From a virus: a DNA stretch of 64,000 nt. Shown here piece by piece: positions 9,264-16,733 of this stretch. Within the stretch, counting starts at the first letter, position 1. Each line of letters begins with the position of its first letter. The translations under genes and the position numbers were made by a program. The DNA lies in the IMG/VR virus record IMGVR_UViG_3300044681_000098, positions 9,749-73,748 of that record; one strand, given 5' to 3'. The notes under the pieces were generated by a model, which saw nothing but the letters and a program-made list of their open reading frames with translations, was not told where the DNA came from and did no database searches.

Positions 9264-9411
9264 GTTGGTGCGATATAGAGACGCAGGGTTGCCAACGTAT
9301 ACTTGGTTCTACGTAATAGACAGTAGAGTAGTTAGTCCATACTTTGGCTCAGAACTAGAAGCTGAACAGTGGCTATTCAAAACTCTGAAACAAGATAACA
9401 CTGGGAGTTAG
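9241..9411 (+). CDS. 56-aa hypothetical protein (not in ORF track)
   Basis: GTG start; open frame fills the gap to the next gene. Confidence 0.5.
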   Translation: MEKTYVLELVRYRDAGLPTYTWFYVIDSRVVSPYFGSELEAEQWLFKTLKQDNTGS

Positions 9412-9415
9412 ATAG

Positions 9416-10216
9416 TTGACCCAAACGACTTACAAAACTATATTCGTCAGTGATGTGCATTTAGGTACACGTGATTCTCAAGCAGACAAGTTAAATAACT
9501 TTTTGAAACATAACACCTGCGAGACTTTATATCTCGTGGGTGATATTATTGATGCTTGGAAGATTCAACAAAACAAGTGGCGATGGAAACAGAGCCACAC
9601 AAATGTAGTTCGTAGAATTCTTGGTCACGCTAAACGTGGAACACGAGTTGTATATGTTGCTGGAAATCATGATGAATTTTTAAGACCGATGATTCCCTAT
9701 GGATTCTCATTTGGTCTTATAGAAATACATAATCAGACAGAACACATTGGTGTAGATGGAAAGAAATATCTTATAACACATGGTGATCTGTTTGATGGAA
9801 TAACAAGACTTGCTCCATGGTTAGCGTTTCTTGGTGACAAACTTTATGATTTAGTTTTAGATTGGAATTCCAAGTTTAATTGGGTTCGACGTAAACTTGG
9901 TTTTGGATATTGGTCATTATCAAAGTTCTTGAAACACAAAGTTAAGAAAGCGTCTGACTTTATGTTTCAGTTTGAAAAGAACATTACTGCATATTGTAAG
10001 AAACGTGGATTTGATGGTGTGATTTGTGGACATATACATCACGCAGAAATAAAAGAAATTGATGGTGTCGTTTATATGAACGACGGAGATTGGGTTGAAT
10101 CATGCTCTGCTTTAGTTGAACATCATGATGGTCGTTGGGAAATAGTAACTTGGACACAGGAGAGCGATAATGTGGATACTATTGATAATAGCAGTTCATA
10201 TAAACGATCCAAATGA
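9416..10216 (+). CDS. PlcP/LpxH2-like metallophosphoesterase (putative phospholipase C)
   Basis: SDVHLG, VGDIID, GNHDEFLR, HGDLFD, WLAFLGD, YWSLS, DGVICGHIH and NDGDWVESCSA; GNHD rather than the GNRD of true LpxH. Confidence 0.8.
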   Translation: MTQTTYKTIFVSDVHLGTRDSQADKLNNFLKHNTCETLYLVGDIIDAWKIQQNKWRWKQSHTNVVRRILGHAKRGTRVVYVAGNHDEFLRPMIPYGFSFGLIEIHNQTEHIGVDGKKYLITHGDLFDGITRLAPWLAFLGDKLYDLVLDWNSKFNWVRRKLGFGYWSLSKFLKHKVKKASDFMFQFEKNITAYCKKRGFDGVICGHIHHAEIKEIDGVVYMNDGDWVESCSALVEHHDGRWEIVTWTQESDNVDTIDNSSSYKRSK

Positions 10217-10343
10217 CATACCAGCAAAGATGACGTTACACTTACCCAATGAAAAAGAATGCATGCAGGCTGCAAAATCTCTTGAGTACGATTTGAAGTT
10301 TAAGCAGTTTAAGTTGGAGGCGACATGCTCTCAGAAAAGATAA
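10170..10343 (+). CDS. 57-aa peptide with N-terminal hydrophobic stretch and two Cys (not in ORF track)
   Basis: CAGGAG RBS; MWILLIIAVHINDPNDIPAK...ATCSQKR bridges the PlcP-like and GT2 genes. Confidence 0.6.
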   Translation: MWILLIIAVHINDPNDIPAKMTLHLPNEKECMQAAKSLEYDLKFKQFKLEATCSQKR

Positions 10344-11035
10344 CCATAGTAGTTCCCTGCAAGAATGAAGAAAACTATATCCATCATTTGCTGTATAGTC
10401 TACGCAAGCAGGACATTGGTCAGACACGCATCATCATAGCAGATGCCAGCACAGACAATACTAGAGCAGTGATCGAAGCCAACAAAGGCACACTAAACGT
10501 AGAAGTGATAGAAGGTGGACCTGTCAGTATTGCTAAGAATAATGGTGCTAGATTAGCAACTACACCTTACATTCTATTCATTGACAGCGATGTGCGTTTC
10601 TTCAAAGACACAGTGATACATGATTGTGTTCGCATACTGGAAGAAAAGCAATTAGACCTAATAGGATTGTACATCAAGTGTTATGACAATGACTTTGTAG
10701 CCAAGATAGGTTTTACTCTGTTCAATGCTATCAACGCTGTTATGCAATACTTCATTCCTTTCGCTGTAGGTGCATTCTTTCTAACACGCAGAGATAAGTT
10801 TGAAGAACTAGGTGGCTTCCCTGCTCGCTACGAAACATCGGAAGACTTTTTCCTAAGCAAGATGTATGATGTCAAGAACTTTACGCTTGTACATCACTAT
10901 TTTGGGCAGGACAGCAGAAGATTCAAGAAGATGGGCTACTTTGGTATGGCTTGGTATCTTATTAAAAACTTTTGGAATCGTAACAACCAAAAATATTGGG
11001 ATAGCATAGACTATTCCAAATATTGGGATAAATAA
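10325..11035 (+). CDS. family 2 glycosyltransferase
   Basis: IVVPCKNEE, DASTDNT, FIDSD (DxD), GGF...SED and DSRRF motifs. Confidence 0.9.
   Translation: MLSEKITIVVPCKNEENYIHHLLYSLRKQDIGQTRIIIADASTDNTRAVIEANKGTLNVEVIEGGPVSIAKNNGARLATTPYILFIDSDVRFFKDTVIHDCVRILEEKQLDLIGLYIKCYDNDFVAKIGFTLFNAINAVMQYFIPFAVGAFFLTRRDKFEELGGFPARYETSEDFFLSKMYDVKNFTLVHHYFGQDSRRFKKMGYFGMAWYLIKNFWNRNNQKYWDSIDYSKYWDK
11028..11034 (+). promoter_or_regulatory. late promoter-like motif upstream of the tmRNA
   Basis: ATAAATA about 6 nt before the presumed acceptor-piece start. Confidence 0.6.
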
Positions 11036-11040
11036 AAGAA

Positions 11041-11360
11041 TTGTTGTAATCCCTTCAAAGCGAAGGACTTCTGGACGAGGGTTCGATTCCCTCCATCTCC
11101 ACCAAAAGCATTCTATCCCCACCTGACGAGGAAGGATCGAAAGAACTAAAAAGAATGCTTCTGATGGGGATGATCTGGTTTCGACAGGGGTAGATAGCAG
11201 AGACGGCAACACGGTAGGCGATGACCGAAACAAGATTCCATAAGGAATAACTTGGATGACAAAGCAAATCAAAGTAAACGCAAACGAAGAAGTTTACGCT
11301 CTTGCTGCCTAAAGCAAGATGAGGTTTCGGCAGGTGTCCTTATAATCAAATCACCTGCCA
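11041..11360 (+). ncRNA. ssrA: circularly permuted (two-piece) tmRNA; tag ANEEVYALAA
   Basis: T-arm GAGGG-TTCGATT-CCCTC plus CATCTCC-A-CCA (11077-11104) precedes the 5' acceptor strand GGGGATG (11166-11172); 7-bp acceptor stem with G3-U70; tag frame 11280-11312. Outer boundaries approximate. Confidence 0.93.
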
Positions 11361-11381
11361 CTTATTCTTTTAGGGGGATTT

Positions 11382-11639
11382 ATGCAAAAAGTATTAGTAG
11401 GTATTCTCGCAGCACTATTATCATTATCAGTGTTTGCTGCTGAGCCAGTAAAGAAAAAAGAGCCAGCAAAGAAACAAGCTACAACGCAAAAGGCACCAGC
11501 TAAAAAAGCTGATGCCCCTAAACATGCTGACGCAGAAACTCAAAAATCAGTAATGGCTAAAGCAAAAGAAAAGATGGCTGAAAAGAAAAAGAAACAAGAG
11601 GAAGCTGCTGCTAAGAAGAAGCAGCAACCTAAGAAATAA
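11382..11639 (+). CDS. exported Lys/Ala-rich low-complexity protein
   Basis: signal-peptide-like N-terminus ending VFA-A, then a K/A/Q-rich basic tail. Confidence 0.7.
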   Translation: MQKVLVGILAALLSLSVFAAEPVKKKEPAKKQATTQKAPAKKADAPKHADAETQKSVMAKAKEKMAEKKKKQEEAAAKKKQQPKK

Positions 11640-12185
11640 TTACTTACCAGCTAGTGGGTTGTCTAATGCTCTTTGAATCTTAGAGTTCATTCTTTCTTCT
11701 AGATCTTTGATCTTACGATCTGATTCAGAAGCAAGTTGATCTCTTTTATTCTCGAATCTTCCAGCTGCAATGTCAATCATTTGACGAACCTTCTCTTCGC
11801 TTTCTTTAGTTCTTTGTTCGGTTCTGTCAACTTGCTTTTCGATTCTCATAATATCTTCACGCAACCCATTCTTAATATCTCGGCTGTAATCAACCGTCTC
11901 TTGAACTGACGTCTTGGTTGCAGCCATTTCTTTTGTTATGAGTTCAAGTCTCTTATCAAACTCAGTTAAGTCTGGTGCGACATAAGTTTGAATCTTCTCT
12001 TTCATATCCATATAGTCTTTATAGACTTCAAATGCTCCATAGAGACCACCTAGCACAGTTGATATAATACCACCAACAATCATTAGTTTAGCAGGTGTGA
12101 AGTTTATACCACCTACGCTAATAACTGTGTTTGGGTCTACTGCTGCTTCTAGTTGATCTACTTTTTCGTCTAAGTTTTTTGACAT
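11640..12185 (-). CDS. single-TM coiled-coil protein
   Basis: TM at about aa 35-52 then long charged heptads; ends ALDNPLAGK. Confidence 0.75.
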   Translation of the reverse strand: MSKNLDEKVDQLEAAVDPNTVISVGGINFTPAKLMIVGGIISTVLGGLYGAFEVYKDYMDMKEKIQTYVAPDLTEFDKRLELITKEMAATKTSVQETVDYSRDIKNGLREDIMRIEKQVDRTEQRTKESEEKVRQMIDIAAGRFENKRDQLASESDRKIKDLEERMNSKIQRALDNPLAGK

Positions 12186-12186
12186 G

Positions 12187-12597
12187 TTAGTCCTCTATCT
12201 TCTTTGGAGTTGGTCTTTGATACGGTGAAGTTGGTGGTGGAGGTGGTGGCGTTGGCGCATCATTCTTTTTAGATTGTGAGTACGCATTTGCACCAAAGAA
12301 TGCTGCTACCAAACCAGCGATAGCTACAAAGTAGGTTGGAGCAATATCACCAATGATTGTTGCTGCTCTATCAAGTCCGAAGAATGATGTAATCATGATT
12401 GTAGTTGGATACAGTAACATACCCCACAAAGCAAACCAAGCCATCTTACGCATGGCATCTCGTTGAGCATCTTGGTCTTCTAGTTCCCTACGCTTAAATT
12501 CAAGATACATATCCAATTCATCTTGGGAAACGTGTCCATCGCCGTTGGTATCTGCTGCTTCCAATCCTTCTACTGTTACTTTATGTTTATTGTTCAT
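12187..12597 (-). CDS. EF-hand plus 2-TM membrane protein (holin-like topology)
   Basis: DTNGDGHVSQDE canonical EF loop; two TM helices; Pro-rich tail. Confidence 0.75.
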   Translation of the reverse strand: MNNKHKVTVEGLEAADTNGDGHVSQDELDMYLEFKRRELEDQDAQRDAMRKMAWFALWGMLLYPTTIMITSFFGLDRAATIIGDIAPTYFVAIAGLVAAFFGANAYSQSKKNDAPTPPPPPPTSPYQRPTPKKIED

Positions 12598-14201
12598 TTC
12601 TTCTCCCTATTATATTGTTGCTCCACCATTCTATCCCAAAGAACTTCAGAAGCTAATCCCATTCTTAGTGCGCTCTTGTTTTCTTTAATTCTAACTTTGG
12701 CGTATATCTCAGTGGCTTTATAAAAATCGGCATCGGTTAAAGTCTTGCTTGTATAGTTTGAAAACCCTTCAACTGCTCCGAGTGATGATAGTTTATCATT
12801 TTCTGCTTTCTCCTCTGGTGTCAATTCTCTAGCAGCAACTGATTGTGCGCTTGATGTTGCACCAGAAGAAATAGATCTTTGGGTAGCAGATGCTACAGCT
12901 TGCGACTCTGCTGATGATGTTGAGTTTGTCGAACTACTTGTATCCATTGCAGCAGCTGCTGCTTGTTGAACAAGTTCAGTGTTTCTTCTTGCTGTCGCTG
13001 CAGGTGATGTCATGTTTGCTGGTGAGTTCATATTTGAAGCTGCAGACGATGATGAAGTAGTAGACGGAAGTGCGCTACCTCCAGTTGCTGCTGTTCCACC
13101 TGCTGCTACGCTGTTTGATACTACACTCATAATTTGACTAACGCTAAGAGAGGTTCCAGGTTGTGTCTGGTTTGATGATGACGCTGCTGTTTGTTGTTGA
13201 CTACTTTCAGTAGATGATGCAGTCGTCTGCTGTTGAGTGGTATCTGTTGTTGCTGCTTGCTGAGTAGTTGTTTCTGTTGTCGCAGAAATTGTTGTTACTT
13301 CTGGTGTTGGAACCGCAAAGGTTTCAGCTACCACTGTAGTTGTAGTAGAAACATTAGATGTGTTTCCTGTAGTCGCTGCGGATTGAGTCGTAGTACTCGA
13401 AGTTGCACTGGTTGTGGGTGTGGTTGTTCCTCCAGTTGCAACACTCCCCCCAGTAGTTGTGCTCGTTGTTGTGTTACCAATATATGTGGAACACGATGGG
13501 TCGGTTACAGGGATTTTGGTGCATGGGTCTTCCTTGACAGGAGCCAGTGACCAATTCAAAGAGAAAGAATTTAGTCTAAATTCTGGACCATAGTATCCAG
13601 CCCAGTATCCAGCATCTTGCCCTCTAACTGAGAACTGGACTTCAGATAAGTCTGCCCCAAGATATGATTTACTGAATACTTGCGTTCCGCTATAATCATA
13701 CCACTGCCCTGCTAGAAATTGAGAGTAATCATACGTGTATGATTCAACTACCGTACCAACTTTGTCTTTGATCAGAACAGTTACTACTAATGGGTCTTGT
13801 GCTCTTCCTTGCCCACTTTCTGTATTAGCGTTCTTCAAAGACCAACTGTAGTTATACCCATCAACTTGAATACCAGTTTGTTTCAATGCTTGATTGATTG
13901 CCCAAGTTTGGATAGCGATTTGGTTTGTGTATCCGAAACGCATAACTCCACTACCATTTTCAATTTGTAGTTGACTTCCTCCACTGTAGCCATTCCACCA
14001 TCCTTGGTCGACACAATATACGCCTGTGTTTACACTCCATGCTGAGCATGAATTGTTTACTAAGTTTCCAGTAGTACCAGATGTTGGTACTGCTGTGTCT
14101 TGTGCTGTTGCTGACTTAGAATAAAATGAGCAACAAAACGCCAAGACCAATACCAGACCAGAAACCTGGATCAATCTTTTTGAGCATTCCATCTTTTGCA
14201 T
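12594..14201 (-). CDS. exported protein: aromatic beta-rich domain plus Ser/Thr/Ala stalk
   Basis: signal/TM near the N-terminus, GQDAGYWAGYYGPE, DPC...DPSC and a long low-complexity region; start uncertain. Confidence 0.75.
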   Translation of the reverse strand: MQKMECSKRLIQVSGLVLVLAFCCSFYSKSATAQDTAVPTSGTTGNLVNNSCSAWSVNTGVYCVDQGWWNGYSGGSQLQIENGSGVMRFGYTNQIAIQTWAINQALKQTGIQVDGYNYSWSLKNANTESGQGRAQDPLVVTVLIKDKVGTVVESYTYDYSQFLAGQWYDYSGTQVFSKSYLGADLSEVQFSVRGQDAGYWAGYYGPEFRLNSFSLNWSLAPVKEDPCTKIPVTDPSCSTYIGNTTTSTTTGGSVATGGTTTPTTSATSSTTTQSAATTGNTSNVSTTTTVVAETFAVPTPEVTTISATTETTTQQAATTDTTQQQTTASSTESSQQQTAASSSNQTQPGTSLSVSQIMSVVSNSVAAGGTAATGGSALPSTTSSSSAASNMNSPANMTSPAATARRNTELVQQAAAAAMDTSSSTNSTSSAESQAVASATQRSISSGATSSAQSVAARELTPEEKAENDKLSSLGAVEGFSNYTSKTLTDADFYKATEIYAKVRIKENKSALRMGLASEVLWDRMVEQQYNREKK

Positions 14202-15030
14202 GTTTTACCTTTGTTGGATCTTCGCCATTTTTAATTGCATCCTGAACATTCTTAAGATAATCTTGATTGTCTTTCCATTCAACGAAGTCAGGTCTTAATG
14301 CTGGCGCAGCTGCCCAACCTGCTGCTGCTTTTGGACCAATCTCGCCTAAGAATGGGCAAGGTGTTCCAGCCATTTCCATCGCTTTGAAAATTCTTTCATC
14401 TTGACACATAACTGATACTGCTGCAACTTTCATTCCCATATCATAAAGTGTTTTGCTTAGTTTCAATCTTTCGCAATTCATATCTCTTACAGTACTACCA
14501 CCTGCGATACCTAGGATCTGAGTTTGCACTGCACCAGAGATTCCAGTAGTACATAGATCGTTATTGTTTGACATGATCGCTGGAGCAATAGCACTCGCTG
14601 GAGGAGATTTAATGTTTTGCGTAGTCTCTCCAGAGTTTATCTGTCTAACTGTGCTATCGTTCTGGTTTATATTTGTGTTGGTAGCTGTGGAACTGTTCAC
14701 GTTATTGTTATTATTTGTGTTCGTGTTCGTCGAGTTCACAGTTTGGTTAATAGTACTGTTGGATGTTTGATTTACGTTACTGTTTGAGGTAGAATTGATA
14801 GTCTGATTGATCGTGTCATTGTTGGTATTGATGTTTGTGTTGGTGCTCGTAGACGTTGAGTTTACGGTCTGGTTAATGGTATCATTGTTGTTGTTAGTAT
14901 TCGTACTAGTCGAAGTGCTAACATTGTTGTTATTATTGGTATTTGTAGTTACTATCTCGGTCACCTGTGCGTGAGCGAAATTTGCTGCCACCAATAATAA
15001 GGCAGTTACTGCTAGTTTTGCATTCATCAT
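14116..15030 (-). CDS. exported Asn/Thr-repeat protein with Cys-containing domain and C-terminal TM anchor
   Basis: signal peptide AHA-Q; N/T/S repeats; C-terminal FWSGIGLGVLLLILF; AAGGA RBS. Confidence 0.8.
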   Translation of the reverse strand: MMNAKLAVTALLLVAANFAHAQVTEIVTTNTNNNNNVSTSTSTNTNNNNDTINQTVNSTSTSTNTNINTNNDTINQTINSTSNSNVNQTSNSTINQTVNSTNTNTNNNNNVNSSTATNTNINQNDSTVRQINSGETTQNIKSPPASAIAPAIMSNNNDLCTTGISGAVQTQILGIAGGSTVRDMNCERLKLSKTLYDMGMKVAAVSVMCQDERIFKAMEMAGTPCPFLGEIGPKAAAGWAAAPALRPDFVEWKDNQDYLKNVQDAIKNGEDPTKVKHAKDGMLKKIDPGFWSGIGLGVLLLILF

Positions 15031-15139
15031 GAATCCTTGTGTTATAATTTTGTTGGATTATGATGCGGAAGATGGTATAATATATCGACTTCTCAACCTC
15101 AAACTTTAGATAATGTATGCTGCCATCCGCATACTAAAT

Positions 15140-15146
15140 TATTTAG
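15140..15146 (-). promoter_or_regulatory. late promoter-like motif for the four-gene minus-strand operon
   Basis: CTAAATA on the minus strand, 110 nt upstream of the ATG at 15030. Confidence 0.6.
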
Positions 15147-15166
15147 GCAAACCGAACCTTCCAAAC

Positions 15167-15195
15167 TTGACATTTCAAGAATGACTAAATATAAT
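15167..15195 (+). promoter_or_regulatory. overlapping sigma70 and late promoters
   Basis: TTGACA-17 nt-TATAAT with CTAAATA (15185-15191) overlapping the -10 box. Confidence 0.75.
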
Positions 15196-15267
15196 TACAC
15201 TAGGGTTGAAAGATCCCTTAAAAACTTTCATTTCACACAACACTCATAACACACAAAGGAGCTTTAT

Positions 15268-15540
15268 ATGAGTAATATGACACCGTTCGAGATTCGCCTT
15301 GAACTACTAAAAATGGCGAAAGATATGCTAACTGAAGATTACTATGGTAAACGTGAGATAGTTAGCCAAGACTGGCAGATGAAAGTCGAGTCAGCCAGAC
15401 TTAATGGCGGAGCAATTCCTGACCATCCAGGCTACCCAGCGTATCCTACCGAAGCTGAGATCATCACAAAAGCTGCATCTCTCAACGGCTTCGTTTCTAA
15501 CACCACTCAGGTCGCAGAAAAATCAACTAAGAAAGTTTAA
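15268..15540 (+). CDS. hypothetical phage protein, own transcription unit
   Basis: AAGGAG RBS; flanked by a promoter and a terminator. Confidence 0.8.
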   Translation: MSNMTPFEIRLELLKMAKDMLTEDYYGKREIVSQDWQMKVESARLNGGAIPDHPGYPAYPTEAEIITKAASLNGFVSNTTQVAEKSTKKV

Positions 15541-15548
15541 TTCTTGGT

Positions 15549-15575
15549 GGGTGTGGGTTTCCCACACCCTTTTTT
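15549..15575 (+). terminator. intrinsic terminator
   Basis: GGGTGTGGG-TTT-CCCACACCC followed by T6. Confidence 0.85.
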
Positions 15576-15590
15576 CAAAGGAGGTAACAA

Positions 15591-16160
15591 TTGTATATCC
15601 AACCAAAGAAACTAGGTTTGATTTTCACAATAGCTGTTATGCTCGCTGTCACTTTCGCTTTCATGACAGCAAAAGCAAATAACTACGAAGTTAGTAATAA
15701 ACCCATTGTTGTGGGGTTTGATAATTTAACAACAGAAGCACAAAGACAAGTCAAGTGCTTAGCAGATAACATATTTTTTGAATCTGCGTATGAGCCAATT
15801 CAAGGGCAAATTGGCGTAGCGATGGTAACTCTAAATAGAGTTGGACATCCTGAATTTGAGAGCAGCATTTGCGGAGTTGTTAAAGAACGACAAAGAAATG
15901 TCTGTCAGTTTTCTTGGTATTGCGAAGATAGGCAAAGAGAGAGATCTATAACTATCCTTAGCAGTGACAACCAAGTGTATCGTAAGATCTTGGAACTTGC
16001 GGTTTATGTTTATGTGAATCATGAACATATCGTAGATCCAACGAATGGTGCTTTGTTTTACCATGCGGATTATGTTCGCCCTAATTGGCGTGGAGTGGTA
16101 AAGACTACACAAATAGGTAGGCACATTTTTTATATCCACCCAAAACTACAAGGGGTTTAA
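15591..16160 (+). CDS. SleB/Hydrolase_2 cell wall hydrolase with N-terminal TM
   Basis: CLADNIFFES, VTLNRV, CQFSW, GALFYHADYVRPNW and IGRHIFY motifs. Confidence 0.9.
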   Translation: MYIQPKKLGLIFTIAVMLAVTFAFMTAKANNYEVSNKPIVVGFDNLTTEAQRQVKCLADNIFFESAYEPIQGQIGVAMVTLNRVGHPEFESSICGVVKERQRNVCQFSWYCEDRQRERSITILSSDNQVYRKILELAVYVYVNHEHIVDPTNGALFYHADYVRPNWRGVVKTTQIGRHIFYIHPKLQGV

Positions 16161-16163
16161 CTA

Positions 16164-16733
16164 ATGCTTTCTAAATTAAATTTGGATTTGTTGTTTGGTA
16201 AAGATGACTCGGATCAGAATCATTCTTTTTATTTACTTATGGAGGAAGTCTCGCATTCTTCGATTAAACCACTTATTGAATGGGTGATGGAAGCGAACTT
16301 TTCAGAGAAACGTCCAGATTTACTTAATCTAATGATCTGTTCTCCAGGTGGAGAACTCTCTTCTGCGTTTGCACTGATTGATGTGATGCGTGGTTCAGCA
16401 GTTCCAATCCGTACTATCGGTTTGGGGCAGATTGCTTCAGCAGGATTGTTAATCTTTATTGCTGGTAGCGAAGGACAAAGAATCTTGACACCGAACACAT
16501 CAATTCTATCTCATCAGTATACATGGGGTTCGTTTGGTAAAGAACATGAGTTGATGGCAGTCGCAAAAGAGTATGACTTAACCACCAAAAGGTTAATCGC
16601 TCACTATAAAAAGTGCACTGGTCTTAAAGAAGATCAGATTAGAAAGTTTTTATTACCACCACAAGACGTTTGGCTTGACTCAGCTGAAGCCAAGAAACTT
16701 AACCTATGTGACACCGTAAAGGATCTGAAATAA
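16164..16733 (+). CDS. clpP: ClpP-like protease subunit
   Basis: ICSPGG, GQIASAG (Ser), SHQ (His), D-VWL..EA...L.D (Asp). Confidence 0.88.
   Translation: MLSKLNLDLLFGKDDSDQNHSFYLLMEEVSHSSIKPLIEWVMEANFSEKRPDLLNLMICSPGGELSSAFALIDVMRGSAVPIRTIGLGQIASAGLLIFIAGSEGQRILTPNTSILSHQYTWGSFGKEHELMAVAKEYDLTTKRLIAHYKKCTGLKEDQIRKFLLPPQDVWLDSAEAKKLNLCDTVKDLK

Noticed and set aside
6300-9420. Pho box upstream of phoH or the PlcP-like gene
   Set aside because: I saw no CTGTCAT-type tandem repeat at 11-bp spacing, so phosphate regulation is not supported by the sequence.
9416-10216. LpxH lipid A biosynthesis enzyme
   Set aside because: It has GNHD instead of the LpxH GNRD motif, and the other motifs fit the PlcP/LpxH2 group better.
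11073-11104. Truncated or pseudo tRNA-Ala
   Set aside because: Fully explained as the acceptor piece of the permuted tmRNA.
10853-11443. ORFs 10853-11272(-), 11055-11267(-) and 11252-11443(+), and likewise the minus-strand ORFs over the tRNA (1255-1641, 1571-1753)
   Set aside because: Shadow frames over structured RNA genes.
16164-16733. Prohead protease
   Set aside because: T4-like phages use gp21; this ClpP lies in the accessory region away from head genes.
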